From assembly GCF_006345805.1 (NCBI RefSeq), contig NC_043001.1, forward strand, positions 116,870,001-116,934,000: a stretch of DNA of 64,000 nt. The letters run 5' to 3'. The number at the start of each line of letters is the position of its first letter. Positions within the stretch are counted from its first letter, which is position 1. This stretch comes from Octopus sinensis (taxonomy: Eukaryota). Made by a program: the position numbers and the translations under genes. A model generated the notes under the pieces. That model had not been told where the DNA came from. It did no database searches and saw nothing but the letters and a program-made list of their open reading frames with translations. Of the stretch, positions 26,942-40,030 are shown piece by piece.

Positions 26942-27541
26942 TAGAATTTCGATATATTAAAACGCTGCTTACATCATACTCTACGTTTCACGGAGTTATG
27001 AAAATAGGTCAGCACAGCAAAATCAAGCCCCCGACTACTTATCTTGTCAAAAATAGGTCAGTCATACACATGTTGGCATTCCCTTTAGAATCAAACAGCC
27101 CCTGTTTTTTGTAATAAAATAACGGTTGTTCATAGGTGCTAACATTCGCCAACAAAGGACTTCGAGATATTATGCATATAAATAAGGCTTGTAATGTTTG
27201 TTCTACGTATAATATTTACACGGGGGTAGCTTACTGTCCATTGTATCATACCTATTGTACTTTTAAAAAGTCACGATTTTATACGATTTGTTTTTTAAGT
27301 GTCTGCTACAAAGAAAAATAAAAGGGGACAGCCTGGGATTTAGTGGAAAAGATAGAGTATTTCAATATTTATATTCAACCTTTAATTTCCTGTTATGACT
27401 TCAACATCCTTTGTTCAGTATTTGAGAAAATAAGTGTTTAAATCCAACGATACCCTAAACTTCAACTTCAAAATACCAAACACACTATTATACCCTTATA
27501 CAATATATATAATGTATTTTCTTTTAAATTTATTCAAATCT

Positions 27542-27960
27542 TATTCCTTTATGGCCCAGAATGGGGCTAAACATAGAGGGGACAAACGAGGACAGACAGC
27601 GGAATTAAGTCGATTGCATCGACCCCGGTGCGTAACTGGTACTTATTTAATCGACCCCGAAAGGATGAAAGGCAAAGTCGACCTCGGCGGAATTTGAATT
27701 CAGAATGTAACGGCAGATGAAATACCTATTTCTTTACTACCCACAAGGGGCTAAACATAGAGAGGACAAACAAGGACAGACAAACGGATTAAGTCGATTA
27801 CATCGACCTCAGTGCGTAAATGGTATTTAATTTATCGACCCCCGAAAGGATAAAAGGCAAAGTCGACCTTGGCGGAATTTGAACTCAGAACGTAGCGGCA
27901 GCCGAAATCCTGCTAAGCATTCCGGCCAGGATGCTAACAATTCTGCCAGCTCGCCGCCTT
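27542..27960 (-). mobile_element. SINE family A tandem dimer
   Basis: Full copy 27727-27960 joined at AAAGAAATA|GGTATT to a head-less copy. Confidence 0.9.
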
Positions 27961-28474
27961 TGTTTAACGATTTCGCCAGTTCGATGCCTTAGAATTTCGA
28001 TATATTAAAACGCTGCTTACAAAATACTCTACGTTTCACGGAGTTGCGCCGGTAGGATATCGGAATTGAGGCCACGTTTGCTATGATATAATGTTCTTTG
28101 TTAAAATTCCACTGTAGTCGATAAAATGGCACAAGCCATATACTAGATTAAATCAATTGATTACAGCCTTCCATTACAAAGACAAGCCTTGTGCCTTCCC
28201 AAGAGAAACTAATATCTGAAAAGAAATGGGCGAATAACTGGAAGAAATCGTTAAAACGTCAGGAAAAATTGCTTAGCAGCATTTCTTTCAGTTCCACACG
28301 TTCTGTATTCAAATTACACCGATTTTAGCTTTACTTTTAACCCCCCGGGTCGATAGAATAAAGTAGTAGCCAAGTATTGGCTAAAAAAAAGAAGAAAATA
28401 CTAGTAAAGTAAGATTTCTCTCCCTTCTCCTTACCCTCTCTCTCAGAAATATGCTGAGGTACCACCCTGAAACT

Positions 28475-28655
28475 TTGAAAGGTTGTAGTCGAGCGAATCG
28501 ACACCAGTACTTATTTTTTTAAAAGTCTGATACTTATTCCATGGGTCTCTTTTGCCGAACTGCTAAGTTACGGGTATGTAAACAAACGTTGATTGTCAAG
28601 CGATGGCGGGGGATAGACACAAACACACACACACGCACGCACACACGCACGCACA

Positions 28656-28721
<66 letters not shown>

Positions 28722-28888
28722 ATATATATACGGGTTTCTTTCAGTTTCCGTCAACCAAGTCCATTCACAAGGCTTTAATCAGCTCGGGGATATTGTAGAA
28801 GACATTTACCCCAAGTGCCACGCAGTGGGATTGAAGCCGAAACCATGTAGTTGGGAAGCAAACTTTTTACCAGACAGCCATGCTTGCG
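28475..28888 (-). mobile_element. SINE family C
   Basis: Homologous to 47927-48360, internal (CA)n. Confidence 0.8.
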
Positions 28889-28900
28889 TCTTATATATAT

Positions 28901-29932
28901 AGAAGCAGAAGGACCCGGTTTCACTCGGGTTATAAATTCATCGCATTAACACAGTACTCTTTGCTTGTAGCGTAAAATTAGTGTATTTCTCGGAAAATAT
29001 GTTACTTTTAACACTCAATGGTTTCACACTTCTTTACATTACATGCACATACACTTCATGTAAGTGCTTCTTCATATACTATGTTTTCTGTCTTGTCATG
29101 TTTATCACTGAGAATGTAGAGGTTCTTTTCATTTCCGACTCTGGAACATCCAGTACATAGCGGACCATGCGAGAGGTCCCACCACCTTTAGAGATTGACC
29201 TTGTGCTTTGTTGGTAAACATTACAAAGCTCAGTTTGACAGGAAACTGCAGTCTCTTGAACTGAAAGGGAAGATCATTTGAGATGAGAAGAATCCTTGGA
29301 ATGAAGACACTCTCACACATCATGTTACGTGTAATTATTGTTGCTTCCGACACATGAGGCATGGATGTTTTAACAACCAGCTTTGGTCCATAGCAGAGTC
29401 TTGATGCTTCAAGTTTTCTTAGCAGCATTATGGGAACACCTGTTTTCATGATCAGAGTGTGTGGCGGAAATCCTGATGGTTGAAGTGAATTGAGGAACTC
29501 CACTGGGTATTGCGTTGCCTGTTCTTGATCAGGGACAGAACCAATTGATCTGGATAAACATTCAGTTCCTGGAAGCTAATACAAAAAAAAAAATTAGATT
29601 CAGCTTGTCTACAATATCATTTCTTGGTGCCAGAATTGTTCTTTCACATAGCCACTTGTGACTTTTGTAGTTCGTGGTAATGTTTGGAAAGACTTTGCTC
29701 TTCAATTCTTCAAGGGAGGCAGTCATATTGCCACATAGGAGGTGGTGCAGACTGATCCTGTGGAAGTTTTCCATTTCCAACATCAAGTAACTTCTTGGAG
29801 AACTGCTAATGGATCACTATGAATGTGAACCCTCACGTTAGTTGTAAGAGTAAGCTGCTTAACATGTTGCCAGATATATAAGGGCTTGATGCAAGCTCTC
29901 ATCTCATCTGCCCTTATCGATAAGATAAGTTA
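28901..29932 (-). mobile_element. Helitron 3' part, PIF1-like helicase relic with 3' hairpin
   Basis: ADEMRACIK...LTLTTNVRV...LEELKSKVFP...WLCERTILAPRN...EFLNSLQPSGFPPHTL...FKRLQFPVKLSF...NKAQGQSLKVVG; hairpin ACCCG/CGGGT at 28913-28930; CTAG end degenerate. Confidence 0.85.
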
Positions 29933-30075
29933 TATTTTTATTCTAAGAAATATTGTTAAATGCTTTTCGATTATTTATAGTTAATACACGTATTTTTATA
30001 TATTTATTTGATAATTAATATAAGTTAAGATAAGTACATTTATTCTATTATTATTTTCTTATTATATATTATTTT

Positions 30076-30195
30076 AGACCTGATGAGTGACTATATTTTT
30101 AAATAGAATTAATTTTAGATCGATTTAATTTTAAATCGAATTGATTTTATTATTATTATCTATTTGAAAATATAGCCACGAAACGCGCGTAGTCT
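30076..30195 (+). ncRNA. Type I hammerhead ribozyme with very long stem II
   Basis: AGAC-CUGAUGA-GUG(aCUAUAUUUUuAAAUAGA...UCUAUUUgAAAAUAUAGc)CAC-GAAAC-GCGC-GUA|GUCU. Confidence 0.85.
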
Positions 30196-30335
30196 TTTTA
30201 TTACTATTTACTTTTTTGTACTTTATTGATTTTTAGAATAAGGTTTATATAGTATATGTTTTCTATATGGTGTGAATAACATCTTTCATTATTAAATTGT
30301 TTAATGGTTTTTTTCTCTAAATTATATATATATAT

Positions 30336-30805
30336 ATGGGAACGAGAATGGGCCCAACTATGCGAACCTATTCGCTGGCTACGTTGAGGCCCAAATATTC
30401 TCAGGATTCACTGGTCCCACTCCCGAACTATACAGTCGTTATATTGATGACTGTATCGGTGCGACCTCACTCTCCCGCGAACAACACGACTCCTTCCTCT
30501 CTTTTGTCTAATCCTTCCATCCTGCCCTCGAAATCTCCTGCACCATTTCCAACACTTCCGTCGCCTTTCTCGATATTTCAGTCAACATACACAACTCCGC
30601 TCTCACTACCTCCATCCACTACAAACATACCGACTCACACTCCTACCTCAACTTCTCCTTTCCCCCCTACCCACACCAAGCTCTCCATCCCCTACTCTTA
30701 ATTCCTCCATCTGCACAGGCTCTGCAGTGACAACCGTGACTTTGAGACTCAGTCTCAACCCTTGGCTCGCCACTTCAGCCTTCGTGGATATCCCGTCACC
30801 ACTAT
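30336..30805 (+). mobile_element. PLE RT core fragment (family 3)
   Basis: MGTRMGP(N)YANLFAGYVE...YSRYIDDCIG...VAFLDISV...IHYKHTDSHSYL...LRGYP with frameshifts and stops. Confidence 0.85.
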
Positions 30806-31374
30806 CTATGGACTCAAGTATATATATATATAACTTTTAGTTAAGTTTATTTTGATTCATTCATTGTAAGAAATCAAAATGTTCCCATTAACTTCAAATA
30901 GTTTACAATAACCCTTTGTTTAGCTCAGGTTTTATGGTGTCAAGTTCTGATTAATAGTATTTATTACCTATTTTATGATGTTTACACTAGTTTTATAGTC
31001 TAATCCCGGATTTATGGTTTTTTATGGCTTTTAATCTCAAGTTTATGATATCAAACATGCTTTTTGGTGTCTTTAGTTCCATAATGAATATTTAGCACTA
31101 CCCACGTTCTAAACGAAGCCCTGTGTTTTTATAATACAAACCGCTTTGAGATGTTTCTCCGAGACAAAACGTTACTTACTACTAGTGTGTTCCATATTTA
31201 TATACATTACAAAAGCGTATACGCACCAGTATTTCCATCTAAGACTGTTTCAAGTGCATATATTAATTTAATTCTAGCCTGTCTATCTTTTGTACAAATC
31301 TGAAAATGTTTTGTTTAAGATTTCCATATCAAAGCAAACATTTTTGTGGCTAGTTCAGAACGCTTGAGCTATTC

Positions 31375-31416
31375 GTCACTGAGGAGATCAAATCAGTTCG
31401 AAACACAGCGTCTGGC
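31375..31416 (+). ncRNA. Probable type I hammerhead ribozyme
   Basis: GUCA-CUGAGGA-GAUC aaauca GUUC-GAAAC acagc GUC|UGGC; one U-U mismatch in stem II. Confidence 0.55.
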
Positions 31417-31674
31417 GATCCATCAATATTCTGAGCGATGTCCTGTATTTTTAACATGTAAGTCTCTTTGAGATGTTTCTCTGAGACAATATATTACAGT
31501 TAGTGAAGTTCCCCGTTTGTATACGCATTTTAAATGTAATACACATTATCTTTGTTTGTTTGTTTGTTTGTTTGTTTCTTTCTTTCTTTCTCATTCTCTC
31601 TCCCTCTCTCTCTCCCTCTCTCTCTCCCCCCCTCTCTCTCTCTCTTTTTTTTTTCTCTCTCTCTTATCTTTTAT

Positions 31675-32042
31675 CTTTTACTCATTTCAGTCCTTAGACT
31701 ACAGCCACACAGGGACAGTGCCTTGAAAATTTTTAGTCGAACGTATCGACCCTTGTACTTGTTCTTTTTAAGCCTGATACCAATTATAAAAGTTTCTTTT
31801 GCCGAACTTGAAAGTTACGGACACGTAAACACACCAACACCAGTTGTCAAGCGGTGATGAGGGCAAACACAGACACAAAGACACAAACACATACATACAC
31901 ACACATACACACACATATGCGACGGGCTTCTTTCAGTTTCCGTCTATCAAATCCACTTTGGTTGACACTTACTCCAGGTGCCACGGAGTGGAATTGAACC
32001 TGAAACCATGTGGTTGAGTATCAAGCTTCTTACCACACAGCT
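31675..32042 (-). mobile_element. SINE family C
   Basis: Homologous to 47927-48360. Confidence 0.8.
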
Positions 32043-32115
32043 ACACATTTAATATGTATTCTTATGTGTGTTATCATATATGTATATGATATATATGTGT
32101 GTGTGTACATGTATA

Positions 32116-32218
<103 letters not shown>

Positions 32219-32379
32219 TATTCACAAACACACACACACACACACATACACATATATATATATATATTGAAAACTGTTGCTTGTATTAATTTTATATATA
32301 CACAGCGGATCGCTAAATAATCCAACTATTTGGATGACGAAAACAAATACTAATACTATACACATATATATGTATATAC

Positions 32380-32442
<63 letters not shown>

Positions 32443-32623
32443 ATATATATAAATAGCAATATATCTTATTAATAATATCTTTTAAGATTGAGCGGTTGTA
32501 GTGACCGAAAATAATTCACCGTTCTAAAAGACCTGTGGGGGGAATATTTAAACTTTCTCACTATAGATACAGACAGACGTACAGTGAGAGAGGTAGTGGG
32601 AGAAGAGTCACAGAGAAAGGGCG

Positions 32624-33278
32624 AGATCGATAAAATAACTTAGTGGTTCGCCACAGATTGATAAAATAACTTAGATTCGCTAAAGAAGATCGTGTAAAAT
32701 AACTTAGCGCTTCGTCAAAAGAGCACGATAAAATAACCTAGTGGTTCGCCAAACGAAATCGAGAAAATAACTTAGCGGTTCACCAAAGGAGATCGATAAA
32801 ATAACCTAGCGGTTCGCCAAAGGAGGTCGATAATATAACATAGCGGTTCGCCAAACGAGATCGATAAAATAACATAGCGGTTCGCCAAACGAGATCGGTA
32901 AAATAACTTAGCTGTTCGCAAAAGGAGATCGATAAAATAACTTAACGGTGAGCGAAAGAGGATCGATAAAATAATTTAACGGTGAGCGAAAGAGGATCGA
33001 TAAAATAACTTAACGGTGAGCGAAAGAGGATCGATAAAATAACTTAGCGGTTCGACAGAGAAGATCGATAAAATAACTTAGCGGTTCGCCAAAGAAGTTC
33101 GATAAAATAACTTAGCGGTTCGCGAAAGAATTTCGATAAAATAACTTGGCGGTTCGAGAAATGAGATCGATAAAATAAATTAGCGGTTCGCCAAACGAGA
33201 TCGATAAAATAAATTAGCGGTTCGCCACTGGAGATAGATAAAATAAATTAGCGTTTCGCCACAGATCGATAAAATAAC
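32624..33278 (+). repeat. 34-bp minisatellite, about 19-20 copies
   Basis: Consensus ACTTAGCGGTTCGCCAAAGGAGATCGATAAAATA, no spacers. Confidence 0.95.
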
Positions 33279-33562
33279 TCATTCGAAACACGCATTGAGT
33301 CGAAACAGGGGCAGCTGAAGAAGGGGAATGTTCCTTGTGATGTATGTCTTGTACTCTGTTTTTTCGTTGTTAAAAAAGTCCGTTTCCTTGTTTTGTTTTT
33401 ATGTTTTTGTTTCTCGTTGTGTTCTACGCTTTTTTGTGGTGTCCTGTACCCATATATGCATGTAGATGGAGGTATGTACATATCAAATGTGTGTATGTAT
33501 GTATGTATGCATGTGTTTTATTTATTAAATTGTTATTATATGTATATATATATATATGTATG

Positions 33563-33581
33563 TATTAATAAATAAAACATA

Positions 33582-33658
<77 letters not shown>

Positions 33659-34770
33659 TGTACGTACCTACCTCTACATGTATATACACGCATATATGAG
33701 TACAGGACACCAAAAAAACGTTGAACACAATGAGAAACGAAAACATAGACACAAACCCAAGGAACTGGACATTTTTCTTAAACAACGAAAAAATAGAGTA
33801 CAGGACAAATAACACAAGGAAAAAACCCCTTCGCCAGTCGCCATGGTTTCATCTACTCTACGTTTCGAAGGTGAAGGCGAGACGTATCTTCGATAGAAAC
33901 TTTCCTTCCCGCGAAAAGCAAATTAAATAAAATTTGAGATCTTTTTGGAGGCGGGGTAAAAATGGTAACAAAAACAGGACAGTAACAACAGTACAAAATA
34001 TAAGCAGTAAAAGACAGGACAAGGAAAATAAGACAAGAAGGGCTGTTAAGCCGAACGAAAAAAAGTATTACGAACGCTCTTCATTCTTTGATTTCCTTTT
34101 CTTCTACTTAACTGTCTCTCCCTCTCTCTCATTCTTCATTCTTTCTGGTTTCCTCACAACCATTCCCCTTTCTTCTCTCCCTTTCTCTTACTCCTCCTCC
34201 TCCCTCCTGCCGTCAACCCGCGACGAGAGCCTTGCCACCTTCTTTCTCGCCTGACCTTCTTGAGGTGTGGACGGCAATTTTCTTTGCTCCCTTCGCCATT
34301 CACAGAAATAGCGTTCATATACTTTATCTCGTTCGGCGTTAACAGCCCTTCTTGTCTTGTTATTCTCCTTGTCCTGTCTTTTACTGCTTATATTTTGTAC
34401 TGTCGTTACTGTCCTGTTTCTGTTACCATTTTTACCCCTCTGCAAAAAGATCTCAAATTTTATTTGATTTGCTTTTCGCAGGAAGGAATGTTTCTATCGA
34501 AGATACGTCTCGCCTTCACCTTCGAAACGTAGAGTAGATGAAACCATGGCGACTGAAGAAGGGTAACTTTCCTTGTGTTATTTGTCCTGTACTGTATTTT
34601 TTTGTTGTTTAACAAAAATGTCCAGTTCCTTGGGTTTGTGTCTATGTTTTCGTTTATCATTGTGTTCAACGTTTTTTTGGTGTCCTGTACCCATATATGC
34701 ATGTATATACATGTAGAGGTAGGTACGCACATATATGTACATATATATGCATATGTTTTATTTATTAATA
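33563..34770. repeat. Long inverted repeat (arms 33563-34078 and 34310-34770, 231-bp spacer); older third copy at 33317-33533
   Basis: Arms align as reverse complements at roughly 90% by eye. Confidence 0.9.
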
Positions 34771-34817
34771 TATTATATGACGGAACGCACGCATCCCTTT
34801 CTAAGTAAGATTGTTCT

Positions 34818-34912
<95 letters not shown>

Positions 34913-34914
<2 letters not shown>

Positions 34915-35288
34915 TCAGTCATTTGACTACGGCCATGCTTTAGTCAAAGAAATTGACTCCGGGCCTTATTCTTTGTAAGCCTACTACTTATTCTATATCG
35001 CTAAGTTACGGGGACATAAACACACCAACATTGGTTGTCAAGCGATGCTGTCGGTACAAACACAGACACACACAAACACACATACACACACACATATATG
35101 TATGTATGTATATGTATATATGTATGCATACGACGGGCTTCTTTCAGTTTCCTTCAGCAAATCCACTCACAAAGCTTTGGTCGGTCTGAGGCTATAGCAG
35201 AAGACAATTATCCAAAGGGTCACGGTGTGGGATTGAACCCGTAACTATGTGGTTGGGAGGCAAGCTTCTCACCACACAGCTATGCCTG
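34913..35288 (-). mobile_element. SINE family C
   Basis: Homologous to 47927-48360. Confidence 0.8.
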
Positions 35289-35317
35289 CAATATATATGT
35301 ATATATATGTATATATA

Positions 35318-35363
<46 letters not shown>

Positions 35364-35689
35364 CTTATCCTTTCTATCATAGTTTCTTATTCCGCCATCC
35401 TATGCCTCAACCTGCTTAGGGGTCTTATTTTGCGAGTACTTGGTGACCTCACCGGTGCTGGTGCCACGTAAAATGCATCCAGTATACCCTGTTAAGTCGT
35501 TGGCGTCAAAAATGGCATCCAGCTGTAGAAATCACGCTAAAGTAGATATAGAATTTGACGCAGCTCCCTGGTTCGTTTGTTCTTGGCAAATGATCCAAGC
35601 CATGCCAGCATGGAAAAACGGGCGTTAAATGATGATTATGCTGATGTTGATGATATATTGTATGTGTATATATGTATATATATTATATA

Positions 35690-35922
35690 TATTTCTTTAC
35701 TACCCACAAGGGGCTAAACACAGAGGAGACAAACAAGGACAGATAAATGGATTAAGTCGATTACATCGACCCCAGTGCGTAACTGGTACTTAATTTATCG
35801 ACCCCGGAAGGATGAAAGGCAAAGTCGACCTCGACGGAATTTGAACTCGGAACATAACGGCAGACGAAATACGGCAACGCACTTCGCCCGGTGTGCTAAC
35901 GTTTCTGCCAGCTCGCCGCCTT
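35690..35922 (-). mobile_element. SINE family A
   Basis: Full length; AT-rich TSD of about 15 bp. Confidence 0.9.
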
Positions 35923-35964
35923 CTTGTATATATATTATATAAACGCTTGCACGCGCGCCCTCAC

Positions 35965-36044
<80 letters not shown>

Positions 36045-36580
36045 AATCACGTGCACGCCCACATGCATTAATTCTCTGATCCACTTCATCGGCGCATTTC
36101 ATCAAACAAAGCTTTGAATTTCATGTACGTAATTTCGATAAACTCTTGCGATAAATATTTAACGGATCTAATTTAAACAACGGAAATCATTAAATATGAA
36201 ATAGGCTACGGACATCCTAAAATTCATGCGTTCATACATACATACATATTCATACGCATTCACACCCTTACACACACACAACTACTGGAATAGAAAGCTC
36301 GTCTCACTAGCAGCAACTCGCTGCCTCACACATACAACACAGCAGACGATACGCTACGCTAGAGATGGTTAACGAGAGCCAAACTTCGAGCCTCTAAATA
36401 AATGTTATAGGGATTTGTTATCTCACTTTGTCTTCGACTTGATACTTCGTTTGACTGGATTTAATAAAACCTTCGCATTTTTATTAAAAACTCACCGATT
36501 ACGAGTAACTCTGGATTTTCATTGTTATAGTTCGTGGCCCCATCGTAGATACGAAGGGGGTCGCGAGGATGGTTAGTATC

Positions 36581-36808
36581 TATTTCTTTACTACCCACAA
36601 GGGACTAAACACAGAGAGGACAAACAAGGACAGACAAACGGATTAAGTCGATTACATCGACCACAGTGCGTAACTGTTACTTATTTAATCGACCCCGAAA
36701 GGATGAAAGGCAAAGTCGACCTCGGCGGAATTTGAACTCAGAACGTAGCGGCAGACGAAATACTGTTAAGCATTTCGCCCGGCGTGCTAACGATTCTGCC
36801 AGCTCGCC
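36581..36808 (-). mobile_element. SINE family A
   Basis: TSD GTTAGTATC at 36572-36580 and 36809-36817. Confidence 0.9.
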
Positions 36809-37074
36809 GTTAGTATCGAAAATAAAATGGTTAGTATCGAAAATAAAATGGAAAAGGTGTGTGTCAGTATATAGTGTGTAATTATTTAGTGGTTACTGAA
36901 GTGTGTCAGTCTCGAGAAGGATTCGAAACGGCTCAAAGAAGCGGCTCTTGTTTACGTCACAGTTTTGTCAATCAAAATAACCCATAGCACCAGAACATCC
37001 AGACATTATTCGCATAGAACAGTGAGAGGTAAGGTTAAGTCTTAGCTTGACTCTTTACAATCCTAAAGATTCCG

Positions 37075-37256
37075 CTCGCGCAATCACAGAAAACAAGGCC
37101 CAGGGCCAGACATTAGATCGTGTAGGTGTATTTTTACCCACTCCGATGTTTACACACGGCCAGTTATACGTCGCTATGAGTAGAGCAACGGACTCCAGTA
37201 ATTTGACAAGTAGTGTCGACCAAACAGAAAATATCGTCTACAAAGAAGTTTTGTAA
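37075..37256 (+). mobile_element. Helitron helicase C-terminal fragment
   Basis: AITENKAQGQTLDRVGVFLPTPMFTHGQLYVAMSRAT...TENIVYKEVL*. Confidence 0.85.
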
Positions 37257-37554
37257 TCATATTGATATTATCGAAAGGAATAAATTCATAATTTAAATAA
37301 GGAAATTAATGAACTTTGAATGTATGAGAGTGTAAACAAGCGTAAAATAGTGTAAACAACTAAAATAAAAGTATATCTAAATAACATTTTTTCTTAATAC
37401 TTTTTTATGTAGCGGTCGAAGGAATCTCTGTCTTTCGTTAGGAGTGGTCCATATAACCATTCATAGATTTTGATACCTTATCTTGCTGTTTTATGTTTCA
37501 GATATTCCGTAGACAGCACATGTGAAAGGTTTCAAGTTTCTTTATATGTCTATA

Positions 37555-38760
37555 ATAGGGAGTCCATGCTTTTGCTCCATACAAAAGTGTGCTCAAGATA
37601 CAAGATTTGTACACACTTAGTTTAGTTTTCAGACTGACGCCGTGTTCATCTCAAAAACGATGGGAAAATTTTCCAAAATCACTCGTAGCCTTAGATATTC
37701 TAACATTGATTTCATTATCAGGAGTACTCTAAAATTTTCCTGTATTTCCAAGATATTTAAATGACCTGACCCATTTGAGTGGCTTCTTGTAATCTTCACA
37801 TATGAATCTTGAGATTGTTCTACCCCAGGCTTTGGTTGAAATAAAACTTCAGCCTTCTCGATGCTGATAGTGAGTCCAAATACACGAGCTGCTACAGCAA
37901 ACCTGTCGATTGTTTCCTGAATTCCATCAAATGTATAAGAAATCGAAGGGAAATCATCAGCAAATAGAAAATCACGTAGAATCTCTTCCTTGGTCTTCTT
38001 TGATCTGAAACTTTGTCCTTTTAGGTTTAGTAGACCTCTTGTGCGAAACTGGAATTTTACGCCTTCATGGTTAATACCTTAAAGCATTTTGGAGCATCAG
38101 TGAAAAGAATATGGAAAAAATTACAGGAGCTAAAACACTATTCTGTTTTGTTTCAGTGGTAATAGAAAACGTCTCTGATCATTTACTACTAGATATCACA
38201 GTTGCCATCATTCATTTGTGCAGAGATACTATTACTTTTATCATTTTATCAAGAAGATCAACTTTTGTCAAAATTTTCCAGAGTACTTCACGGCACTCTG
38301 TATCAAAGGCCTTAGTCAAGTAGACAAAGACCATGTACAAGTCAGTATTTTGCTCCGTGCTTTTCTTTTCGTTGTTAAAAATAATATTGCAGATACGATT
38401 AAAAAAACTTCGTATTTCGCTGTTAGACCCTCCATGTTCTAGCTTTGATATATAAATTGATATGGAGCTCTACGTGTACGTCGGGAATAGAAAAGCTGTT
38501 ATCTAAATTCAGTTTCTTAGACTAACAGTAAATGCCCTTAAATTTTCTTATTCATTGCCGTATACAAAAGGTGTGCTCCTGCTGGGAAATTGCAGCTGTG
38601 GCGTTATAATAATTCATCTGGTGCCTACAGAAACTTCAGAATATCTAGGGAAAGTGTCAGTAAAGGTAAATCCGAGGTTAGTGAGCCCTTTTCAAAGTAT
38701 CAATTGCTTCACTTGTGATATTTATGTCAAAACTGTTCTTTGTCGCGTCTCGAAACACTT
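37555..38760 (-). mobile_element. Degenerate RTE-clade LINE RT
   Basis: LYMVFVYLTKAFDT...VLAPVIFSIFF...LRDFLFADD...FGLTISIEKAEVLFQP...FKYLG...KTKLSVYKSCILSTLLYG; weak ITSEAIDTL linker near 38710. Confidence 0.8.
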
Positions 38761-39510
38761 TTACTTTGTGTTCATGACTGGAAAGTATAACAGTACCAGT
38801 TACTGGATGTCCTATCCAATGTTGTTCCAATAAACGTTTCGATTTTTCATAGCTTTTGAATGTTTAAAAACTTCTAGCCAAAAACATAGACAAGTGTGTG
38901 CTTTGTACTTTCATTTAGGATGTTGAAATCTAAAAATTAGAACCGACTTTTCGCTTCATCGGCTGTCAGGAGTAAAATATAACAATTTTTGTCATGACAT
39001 TGATATTTCTTAAATAGTCTATAAATATATTCAGTTTTTAGGCTTCGACCATAGTATTTTAACTAGAGTTATTTTAAAGTAGGGGACCGATATAACGAAA
39101 TACACTTACACGCGCGCTCTCACAAACACACGCAGTCATACTGTATTTTTCAGAGTCTTCTGACGGACCGTTTGCACCTCAGATAAGAATTACTCGTTTT
39201 TTTGACCAGTCTATAGAATACAATATTCAGCTACTATATACATTCGTGATAAATAATTTTTTTGCTGTAGTGGACCACCGTGGAAAGTTCAATTAGCTTT
39301 ATAGCTTTTGACAGCTCGTCATTAATTACACGATATATATTTTATGCACGATACAGCATGAATCAGTGAAAATGGAACAAATTTATGCTTTTGATGTGTG
39401 GAGAAAGAGGGATAGTCTACTGATTGCTTGTTTGATTGTTTGTTGTTCGCTTCGCAGATAAGGATACTTTATTTCTTATCAGTAGATCAATTGCATAGAA
39501 TATTCAAATA

Positions 39511-40030
39511 CCGTAAATCCTCGAGTGTAGTCCACCCTTGAGTATAATACGCAGGGGGATTTTAGGGGCTGTACCTCTGAAAAACTTAAACCTTGTGTAT
39601 AATACGCACCCCTTCTCTAACTTGAGTCAAGGAGGTCGATATAACGTCCTTGGTTTGTAAAAATGTATACGGTAACGTCCTTTATTATTATTGTATATGT
39701 AACATAATGCAAACGTGTAGCTTTTTTGTGCATTTTGTTTGCAGAAAATAAAGAAATGACAGTAATAACAGTAATAGCGTTTAATAAATGTTGCTTACTG
39801 CAAGTTATGGATGATTCTTTTATGACTTCATTGCTTTCAGGCTCAGCTTAAGGTATTTTCGCGCCCGACATCACAAAATGCGTCTGAATAAACATAGCCA
39901 GACAGCAAATATAGACTCGGACATTGCTTTGAAAATATTTTTCATTTTTAACCTCGTATATAGTACGCACTAGGGATTTTGACCATTAAATTTTTGGGGA
40001 AAAATGCGGATTATACTCGACGATTTACGG
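39511..40030. mobile_element. MITE of Tc1/mariner (pogo-like) type
   Basis: TIRs CCGTAAATCCTCGAGTGTAGTCC and reverse complement CCGTAAATCGTCGAGTATAATCC; TA TSD; repeated TATAATACGCA sub-terminal motifs. Confidence 0.85.

Noticed and set aside
32624-33278. 34-bp array as a CRISPR locus
   Set aside because: Units are contiguous with no unique spacers, no cas genes, eukaryotic context, and the unit matches a SINE.
34490-34570. GAAACGTA...CTGAAGA in the inverted-repeat arm as a hammerhead
   Set aside because: Stems I and II do not pair in type I, II or III topology.
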